From assembly GCA_034669905.1 (NCBI GenBank), contig JAXMOL010000002.1:189248-253247 (forward strand): DNA of 64,000 bases. The letters are read 5' to 3'. Source of the stretch: Candidatus Hydrogenedentota bacterium (lineage in GTDB: Bacteria > Hydrogenedentota > Hydrogenedentia > Hydrogenedentales > JAEUWI01). The position numbers and the translations under genes are program-made. Shown piece by piece: positions 30,214 through 37,721 of the stretch. Each line of letters begins with the position of its first letter. Position 1 is the first letter of the stretch. A model generated the notes under the pieces. That model had not been told where the DNA came from. It saw only the letters and a list, made by a program, of their open reading frames with translations, and did not search any database.

Positions 30214-30342
30214 TTAAGAGACAGATTTAACGTGTTCTTCAAGGAACGCTGGGGTGTCTATCCCGCACCGTATTCCAGCCGTTAATCTCTGCTTCTTACC
30301 TCCCCTGGTTGCGTCATGGCATTGAACCATGGCGCATCTTTT
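30214..30342 (+). ncRNA. Candidate sigma28-dependent sRNA-3 (antisense to flagellin-3 RBS)
   Basis: Promoter, shared ATCCC-loop hairpin, TCTTACCTCC complementary to 33968-33977, terminator 30310-30342. Confidence 0.7.
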
Positions 30343-31114
30343 ATGTGGGCTCCACACCGTCATACAGCACTTCCTTCATGACTAGCCCCTGGGGCGGTGC
30401 GCAATGCCCCAGAAATGGCCCCCCCGACACCAACGCCTCCTGAAGAAACTCCGGACCAAAACGCCCCCGCCCTATCTCCACCAACGTGCCGGAAAGATTA
30501 CGCACCATCTTATAAAGGAATCCATTGCCAAAAAACTCGATGTGCCACAGGTTCTGGCCGTCCCGGGGGCCCACCACCGCCCCTTGATGGAGCGTCGCGG
30601 CGTAAATCGTACGCACCGTCGTCTTCATCTGACACCCCGTGCTCTGAAACCCTGCGAAGTCATGGGTCCCCTCCAGTTGAGGCAAGAGCGACCGAATAAG
30701 GTCGATATCCACCCCGTAAGGAACCTGCCAGCTATAGGGAGCACTGAAGGGGTCCATTTCCCGACTGAAGTGAAAGGTATAGCAATAGCGCTTGGCCTTC
30801 GCTGAAAATCGGGCGTTAAAATCGGCAGAAACCGCTTCCAACGCCGTAATTTGGATTTCCGGCTCTAACATGCGACACAACGCATGGCGCAACGTGGGCG
30901 GCACCGCCTTGGGCCATTCACAGGAAAAGACCTGTCCCAGGGCGTGGACCCCCGCATCGGTGCGGCCGGCCCCCTGAATGCGGATAGGCTGAGAGGCAAT
31001 CCGGCTCATAGCCGCCTCAATATCCCCTTGAACCGTCCGTTGGTCCTGTTGGGCTTGCCAGCCGGAGAAGGGCGTTCCAAGATAGCGCACAGTGCCTTTG
31101 AGTGTGGTGGTCAT
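30341..31114 (-). CDS. truA: tRNA pseudouridine(38-40) synthase
   Basis: GAGRTDAGVHA, FNARFSA, GFLYKMVR. Confidence 0.96.
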   Translation of the reverse strand: MTTTLKGTVRYLGTPFSGWQAQQDQRTVQGDIEAAMSRIASQPIRIQGAGRTDAGVHALGQVFSCEWPKAVPPTLRHALCRMLEPEIQITALEAVSADFNARFSAKAKRYCYTFHFSREMDPFSAPYSWQVPYGVDIDLIRSLLPQLEGTHDFAGFQSTGCQMKTTVRTIYAATLHQGAVVGPRDGQNLWHIEFFGNGFLYKMVRNLSGTLVEIGRGRFGPEFLQEALVSGGPFLGHCAPPQGLVMKEVLYDGVEPT

Positions 31115-31426
31115 GGGCCTATTGTAATCGAGCCACGGATCCACCTACCACTTTCCGAGGGCCCGGAGAGCCAACGGTCGCGCTCTCACCCCACCATTTC
31201 CCGGCAGCCCCTCCACTGGGCGCAATACCTGGCGTCCATTCGGGGACTTATTTTCGGTTATCCGGGCCAGGCCGTGCACCGCATACCCCGGATGGCATCC
31301 AAAAAAACGAGGAAATTTTTCATTTTTTTTGCGGTGCGCGGTCCCGTATTGGCTGTTTCGGATTATTCGAAATCGTTTATGTCGGATTGAATCGGTGTGG
31401 GTCGGTGATTTTTTTTCAGAAAAAAC

Positions 31427-31453
31427 TAAAGTTGTCGCTCAAGTTGCCGATAA
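31427..31453 (+). promoter_or_regulatory. Sigma28 promoter of the flagellin operon
   Basis: TAAA-N15-GCCGATAA, exact, with A/T-rich UP element. Confidence 0.9.
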
Positions 31454-31459
31454 ATACTA

Positions 31460-31898
31460 CAGGTAAGCCGAAACAGGCCTTATTCAGGACAGTTTAAAAA
31501 AGTGAAATACGGAGTCCAGGGACGGGTTTCCGCGACATCATGGAGGATGGCGCATTCAGCGCGGGGTATGCACCCGCACGACGGCCTCGAGGCCGACGAC
31601 AACAATTGAATCACGTTGATCGAATACTTCGGTATGGATGAAGGCAGAGCAGGATGCTCAACGGCTTCATCAAGAAGAAACGTCGCAGTTAACGAATTGC
31701 CTGAAGCACGGGACATGCCTCAGGGATAACGGAGACTGCTTTCGAAATCAATGGGACCAATCGATTTCACGTAGAAATCGGTTTCTGACGCACCGGACCA
31801 TGGGACGGTAGCCGCCACACCGTGGTGGGTTACCCGGGATGGGACGTCAGAGGGAGCGCAAGGATGCGCTCTACCAACCACTCACGGAGGAATACATC
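31460..31898 (+). promoter_or_regulatory. ~440-nt flagellin leader rich in CsrA-type GGA sites
   Basis: 19 GGA trinucleotides counted by eye; hairpins GAGCAGGATGCTC and GAGCGCAAGGATGCGCTC. Confidence 0.7.
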
Positions 31899-32714
31899 AT
31901 GGGACTTCGAATCAACACCAATGTGTCTGCGCTCAACACGGCGCGGGTCTTACGTAGCTCAACGCTGGACTTGAACAAGAGCCTGCAACGGCTCTCCAGC
32001 GGATTGCGTATCAACCGTGCGGCCGATGACGCCGCAGGCCTGGCCATCGCCGAGGGTTTTCGCTCGGTGGTACGCGGCACGCAGGTTGCCCAGCGCAATG
32101 CGCAGGACGGAATCAGCCTGGTGCAGACGGCGGAAGGCGCATTGAGTGAAACGACCAACATACTGCAGCGTATTCGCGAGCTCGCCGTACAGGCAGCCAA
32201 CGGAACGCAGAGTACGGCAAACCGCGTATCGCTGGATGCCGAAGTCGATCAACTGTTAGCCCAAATCGATGATATCGCGTTTGACACGGAATTCAACGGT
32301 GTCCGGGTACTCAGCGGCGGCACTGTGCTGACGCTTCAAACCGGCGCTTTCCAGGGACAAAACCTGTCGATTGTGGTGGGTGCTGCGGGTCAGAACCAGA
32401 TCGGTGTTTCGCCGGTTAACCTGCAAACCGCTGCCGGTGCCATCAGTGCACTCAGTACGGTAGACGGTGCCCTGCGCTCGGTGAACACGCTCCGGAGTAA
32501 TCTGGGTGCCTTCCAGAACCGTCTGGAGTTCACCATCAGCACGCTCGCAATCCAGGAAGAAAACTCTTCCGCGTCCGAAAGCGCTATACGAGATGCCGAC
32601 ATCGCCCAGGAAACGATTCGCTTTACGCGGAATCAGATCCTGGTAAACGCCGGTACATCGATCCTGGCCCAGGCCAACATCGTGCCACAGACGGCACTGC
32701 AGTTGCTGGGTTAA
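31899..32714 (+). CDS. fliC: Flagellin 1 (271 aa)
   Basis: MGLRINTN, RLSSGLRINRAADDAAG, QRIRELAVQ, IRDADIA. Confidence 0.97.
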   Translation: MGLRINTNVSALNTARVLRSSTLDLNKSLQRLSSGLRINRAADDAAGLAIAEGFRSVVRGTQVAQRNAQDGISLVQTAEGALSETTNILQRIRELAVQAANGTQSTANRVSLDAEVDQLLAQIDDIAFDTEFNGVRVLSGGTVLTLQTGAFQGQNLSIVVGAAGQNQIGVSPVNLQTAAGAISALSTVDGALRSVNTLRSNLGAFQNRLEFTISTLAIQEENSSASESAIRDADIAQETIRFTRNQILVNAGTSILAQANIVPQTALQLLG

Positions 32715-32942
32715 TACACGTCGACAACCAGGGCGGCCGAACCTCAAGGGATACGAGGGGCCGGAAACGGAATTTATGGCCACCGGCCGCCCTGATAATC
32801 TTCAACGTAGAGAAAGGAGAACATAGGACTGCGAGTACTTAACGAGTCGCGTCGTTGAGCATTCGGTTTTTGTCAACTATCACGGAAGAATGAATAACAA
32901 AGGGATCGGGAATCCCTTTGGCCACTCATGGAGGAAAGTACT

Positions 32943-33761
32943 ATGGGACTTCGAATCAACACCAACGTGGCGTCGCTTAACTCGGCGCGTACCCTGAGCC
33001 GCTCTACGAGCGCGCTTAACAAATCGCTGGAACGTCTCTCCAGTGGTCTCCGCATCAACCGCGCAGCCGATGACGCTGCCGGTCTGGCCATCGCCGAAGG
33101 ATTTCGGTCGGTGGTGCGGGGCACCCAGGTCGCCCAGCGCAACGCACAAGATGGGGTCAGCCTCGTGCAAACCGCGGAAGGGGCGTTGAGTGAAACCACC
33201 AACATCCTGCAGCGGGTACGCGAACTGGCCGTACAGGCCGCGAACGGAACGCAGAGCTCTGAAAACCGTGCGGCCCTGAACACCGAAGTATCGCAGCTGC
33301 TCGCACAGATCGATGATATCGCCTTCGACACCGAATTCAACGGTGTGGCGGTATTGAGCGGCAGCAGCACCCTCACCTTGCAAACCGGCGCCGAATCGGG
33401 TCAGACCCTGCAGATTGCTATCAGCAGTGGTGCGGGCCAGGCCGCCATCGGCGTGAGCACCGTCAACATTTCCACCTCGGCCGGCGCCGTCAGTGCCCTC
33501 AGCCAGGTGGACGTAGCCCTGCAGCGGGTCAATTCCCTCCGCAGTAACCTCGGTGCCATCCAGAATCGTCTCGAATTCACCATCAATACCCTGGCGATTC
33601 AGGAAGAAAACTCGGCCGCCTCAGAGAGTGCGATCCGGGATGCGGACATTGCCCGCGAAACCATTCAGTTTACGCGGAACCAGATTCTGGTCAGTGCCGG
33701 CACGTCGGTACTTGCCCAGTCCAATGTGGTTCCCCAGACGGCGTTGCAGCTTCTCGGCTAA
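32943..33761 (+). CDS. fliC: Flagellin 2 (272 aa)
   Basis: Same N- and C-terminal flagellin motifs. Confidence 0.97.
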   Translation: MGLRINTNVASLNSARTLSRSTSALNKSLERLSSGLRINRAADDAAGLAIAEGFRSVVRGTQVAQRNAQDGVSLVQTAEGALSETTNILQRVRELAVQAANGTQSSENRAALNTEVSQLLAQIDDIAFDTEFNGVAVLSGSSTLTLQTGAESGQTLQIAISSGAGQAAIGVSTVNISTSAGAVSALSQVDVALQRVNSLRSNLGAIQNRLEFTINTLAIQEENSAASESAIRDADIARETIQFTRNQILVSAGTSVLAQSNVVPQTALQLLG

Positions 33762-33980
33762 TTCGCCATCCATAGTTTAAACCGGTTGTAACGTGGTGGC
33801 TCCGGCCCTTCCTTTGGAGGGGTCGGAGCAGCACCGTAACTATACGGAAGGAGTGCATCAGTCGGCCGATTTGCCGTCCATTTACCCACCGCGGGGATAA
33901 ATAGACGATGAGAAGGCCACGAAGAACATACACCGGGTTGGTTAGGGATACCCGACCGGGTGATCTTGGAGGTAAGATCC

Positions 33981-34799
33981 ATGGGATTACGTATAAATAC
34001 GAACATCCCGGCTCTCAACACGAGCCGGGTGCTCGATCGTTCCAGCCGTGCCTTGAACCGCAGTCTGGAACGGTTGAGCAGTGGTCTCCGCATCAATCGC
34101 GCAGCCGATGATGCGGCAGGCCTCGCTATTGCCGAGGGCTTTCGCACCCAGGTGCGGGGCACCCAGGTGGCGCAACGCAATGCGCAGGATGGAATCAGTC
34201 TCGTACAGACGGCCGAAGGGGCGTTGAGCGAAACGACCAACATCCTGCAACGCATTCGAGAACTCGCGATTCAGGCCGCCAACGGAACCCAGAGTTCCGC
34301 CAACCGCCAGTCACTCAACAACGAAGTGCAGCAGCTGATTGCCCAGGTGGAAGACATCGCTTTGGACACTCGGTTTAATGGCATCAACGTGTTGAGCAGC
34401 AACCAGTCCATCACGCTCCAGACCGGAGCCAATCCGAGCCAATCCCTTCAGGTGACCATCGGCGGCGCACGCAGCACCGATCTGCGCGTAAGCGCCGTCA
34501 ATATTTCGGCCGCGGCAGGCGCTATCAATGCCATCAGCCAGGTCGATATCGCGCTGGCAAGTGTGAACACCTTACGGAGCAGTCTCGGTGCCTTTCAGAA
34601 CCGGTTAGAATTCACCATCAATACCCTGGCCATTCAGGAAGAGAATTCGGCGGCCGCCGAAAGTGCTATCCGGGATGCCGACATTGCCCGGGAAACGATT
34701 CAGTTTACACGGAATCAGATCCTCGTGAATGCCGGTGTCAGTGTATTGACCCAGGCCAACGTGACCCCCCAGGCGGCGCTCACGTTGTTGAGCACATAA
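33981..34799 (+). CDS. fliC: Flagellin 3 (272 aa)
   Basis: Same N- and C-terminal flagellin motifs. Confidence 0.97.
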   Translation: MGLRINTNIPALNTSRVLDRSSRALNRSLERLSSGLRINRAADDAAGLAIAEGFRTQVRGTQVAQRNAQDGISLVQTAEGALSETTNILQRIRELAIQAANGTQSSANRQSLNNEVQQLIAQVEDIALDTRFNGINVLSSNQSITLQTGANPSQSLQVTIGGARSTDLRVSAVNISAAAGAINAISQVDIALASVNTLRSSLGAFQNRLEFTINTLAIQEENSAAAESAIRDADIARETIQFTRNQILVNAGVSVLTQANVTPQAALTLLST

Positions 34800-34807
34800 G
34801 CAATACT

Positions 34808-34838
34808 GCGTGGTTCACGGCCCATGCCGTGAACCCGC
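34808..34838 (+). terminator. Stem-loop between flagellin 3 and flaG (attenuator or stabiliser)
   Basis: GGTTCACGGC-CCAT-GCCGTGAACC, no U tract. Confidence 0.55.
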
Positions 34839-34919
34839 AGGTGCACCCCGCGCAGCCGGTCGGACAGGCGTCTAACCGGTCGGCTTGGCCTGTGTGCACG
34901 AAGACAAGGAGACAAGCCA

Positions 34920-35240
34920 ATGGAAATCCACACCCAACCGGGCCTCGCCACCCCCGCAGAACACCGGACTCCCGCGTCGGCACCGGTCACCGAAGACCGT
35001 GAATCATCGACGTCGACGGCCCCTTCAGACCGCTTTCAGGGTGCCATCGATTCCGTCATCGTGCACCAACAGTTTCCGAGAAACACCCGCTTGCGCGTCG
35101 ATGAAGCCAGTAACCGCATCGTCGCCCAGATTCTCGATGAAAACAACGAAGTGGTCCGGCAGTTGCCCCCCCAGGAATTACTCGACATTTCTGCACGCTT
35201 CAATCGGCTCGAAGGCATCCTCTTTGATGAGCAGGGCTGA
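34920..35240 (+). CDS. flaG: Flagellar protein FlaG
   Basis: ILDENNEVVRQLPPQELL..GILFD; follows the flagellins. Confidence 0.88.
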   Translation: MEIHTQPGLATPAEHRTPASAPVTEDRESSTSTAPSDRFQGAIDSVIVHQQFPRNTRLRVDEASNRIVAQILDENNEVVRQLPPQELLDISARFNRLEGILFDEQG

Positions 35241-35327
35241 CGCCCATCGGGCACGACGCACGGGCCTTACCCTTCCGCCAGCCCTGCGCACCAATGCGTC
35301 TGATGGCACCTCTCCGCCATCCCCTGC

Positions 35328-36320
35328 CTAGAGGTCTAAATTCAGGCCTTCCACTTCCGCCCGAATGAGGGCAAGCTCTTCCTCCGTCAAGATCACCGAT
35401 CCGGCTACCGCATTTTCGGCCGCCTGTTTCGGATTTCGTGCCCCCACCAAGGCCGTCGTAATGCCGGGCTGATGGGTCACCCATGCCGTGAAGAGTTGGC
35501 CGAGGGTAATCTCGTGGCCATCGGCCACGGGGCGCACGCGCTCCAGCATATCAATAACCTTGCGGCGATTCTCGGCCGCAAAAAGCGGGTTCCGATTACG
35601 GATATCCCCCTCGGGGAACGTTCGCTCCATGTCCACTTTACCGGTCAGGAGGCCCTGGGCAATGGGGCTGTAGGCGAGCACCCCAATCGTGTGCTCCCGG
35701 CAGTAGGGCAATAGCGATTCTTCCGGATCCCGTTGCAGCGCGTTGTAGCGCGGCTGGACACTGTCCACCGTGCCCTTGGTCTGACACAGGGCGATCATCT
35801 CCGTATCGAAATTGCTCACGCCAATCGCCCGTATCTTCCCCTGCTCTTTCAATTTGAGCAATGTCGCCATGGTGTCATCCAGGGGCCACGTGCTGTCAGG
35901 CCAGTGCACCTGATAGAGGTCAATGACGTCGATGCCCATGCGCTGCAGACTGGACTCACACTCGAATACTACCGATTCGGGTCGGCCATTGCGGTAGATC
36001 GTGCAGGGTGTCCCGTCATTCAGCTGGGTGTCCATAGCCTTTTGCCCTTCGGCCAGATCCCACCGCATACCGCATTTCGTGGCAATGATTACCTCGTCCC
36101 GTCGTCCCTTTATCGCCTGGCCCACTACGGTTTCGCTGTGGCCCATGCCATAGGTCGCCGCCGTGTCGATACAGGTAATCCCTGCGTCGATGCCTGCCTG
36201 CAGGGCCTTGACCGCCAGGGCGTCGTCAGAGCCTCCCCACAGCCATCCGCCAATGGCCCAGGCACCAAAACTGACGGCGGGAAGTTGAATATCGGTTGTG
36301 CCCAAAGTGGTATATTTCAC
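35328..36320 (-). CDS. Aldo/keto reductase
   Basis: DTAATYG, ATKCG, DLYQVHWPD, GKIRAIGVSNF, YSPIAQGLLTGK. Confidence 0.94.
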   Translation of the reverse strand: MKYTTLGTTDIQLPAVSFGAWAIGGWLWGGSDDALAVKALQAGIDAGITCIDTAATYGMGHSETVVGQAIKGRRDEVIIATKCGMRWDLAEGQKAMDTQLNDGTPCTIYRNGRPESVVFECESSLQRMGIDVIDLYQVHWPDSTWPLDDTMATLLKLKEQGKIRAIGVSNFDTEMIALCQTKGTVDSVQPRYNALQRDPEESLLPYCREHTIGVLAYSPIAQGLLTGKVDMERTFPEGDIRNRNPLFAAENRRKVIDMLERVRPVADGHEITLGQLFTAWVTHQPGITTALVGARNPKQAAENAVAGSVILTEEELALIRAEVEGLNLDL

Positions 36321-36569
36321 GCTTAGATCTCCGTGTTGTCGACGCATTATAGCGGGTCTGTCGCCCATCTGCCGTTGGGCTCAATGGTCTCCGATTATGA
36401 GGAGCCAGCCCCAGGGAGTGCAAGCTCTGAGAGGAATAGGGGGGCGACGCCGTAAAATCCGCTCCACCGCGGAACCACTTTATCCCGCTTGGGGTTATAC
36501 TACGTGTTGCGGCGGAATGCTATCCGGGCCGTTGACCCGTTCAAACCCATACCCGAAGGAGATAACACC

Positions 36570-37418
36570 ATGCCCAAGGTAATCATTGCGGTGGTCGTCG
36601 GCCTTATTGTTGGCCTGGCCATCGGCGCAGGGGCCATGCACCTCAAGCTCATGCCCCAACTACTCGCGCTCGACACTGCGCTTGCGGATACCCAACGCGA
36701 AATCGCCGCACTCCGCTCAAACGATGGCGATGCCGCACGGTTGGCACGCCTGGAGGCCGAGCGCACGGAGTATGATGCCAAGCTTTCCGCCCTCCGGGGA
36801 GAGCTGGACACCTTGCGGAAGCGCTCCGCCGTGACGCCGGCCGAAATAGATATCGCGGAAGACACCACCGACGTGAATGCCCTGGCCGAAGAAGAAGCAT
36901 CGGAGGCCCCAGCGGAAGAACAACCCGAGCGGGCAGGACGCCGGGGCCGTTGGGGCGGCGATGGTACGCCGGAAGAGCGGGAAGCCCGTCGCCAGGAATT
37001 CGTTACCCGTATGCAGGACAACCTCACCCAATTCTTCACGGGCGAGCTCGATAAGACGGGCAGCCCCGCAACGCAGGAGCGCCTCATCGCGTTGGAGAAC
37101 CAAATCCACGACATGATGGACCTGCGCATGCAGATGCGGCGGGCCGAAACCGACGAAGAGCGCGCCGCACTCGAGCAGGCCTTTGGCGAAACCATGACGA
37201 CGGCACGTAACACCATGAAGGAACAGCAACGGGAAATGGTCGATGCGCTGGCCACCCAGTTCAACATCACCGGCAAAGAAGATCGGCAGGCCTTCCAGCA
37301 GGCCCTGGAAGCGGCGGTAGACAGCCCCTTCTTCAGCGACAATCCGGCAGCCATCATGTTTGGTGGCGGAGGAGGAGGCCGACCCACCGGTGGACGACGG
37401 GGCGGTGGCGGACGCTGA
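36570..37418 (+). CDS. Membrane-anchored coiled-coil hypothetical protein with Gly/Arg-rich tail
   Basis: AAGGAG RBS, N-terminal TM helix, heptad-rich sequence. Confidence 0.8.
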   Translation: MPKVIIAVVVGLIVGLAIGAGAMHLKLMPQLLALDTALADTQREIAALRSNDGDAARLARLEAERTEYDAKLSALRGELDTLRKRSAVTPAEIDIAEDTTDVNALAEEEASEAPAEEQPERAGRRGRWGGDGTPEEREARRQEFVTRMQDNLTQFFTGELDKTGSPATQERLIALENQIHDMMDLRMQMRRAETDEERAALEQAFGETMTTARNTMKEQQREMVDALATQFNITGKEDRQAFQQALEAAVDSPFFSDNPAAIMFGGGGGGRPTGGRRGGGGR

Positions 37419-37459
37419 GCGGTTGCTTCTGCATTCGAATGGACCGTGAACAATAAAGG

Positions 37460-37499
37460 ACGGGTGGATCGGCATTACATCAAACGCCAATCCACCCGT
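37460..37499. terminator. Stem-loop between convergent genes
   Basis: ACGGGTGGAT..ATCCACCCGT. Confidence 0.55.
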
Positions 37500-37721
37500 T
37501 TCTACTGATTGAGCGAAGGTAGAAATTCAAATCGTTGGCTTCAACCGCAGACGCACGCTCCGGCTACATTCAACCTACCGACAGCGTAGCCACTATGGCG
37601 CAAAGCAGATTTTGACAGTTGGGAGCGCAGGCAGTCCGCCCGCGCTCCCAAGTCTTTATTCTCTAAGATGGCCAGCGAATCACTTGGAAGATGTCCGAGA
37701 TGAATCTCCGCCTTTTCAGAC

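Noticed and set aside
29743..30217. Short ORFs in the gap before truA
   Set aside because: No RBS or coding bias; they cross promoters and terminators that are better explained as sRNA units
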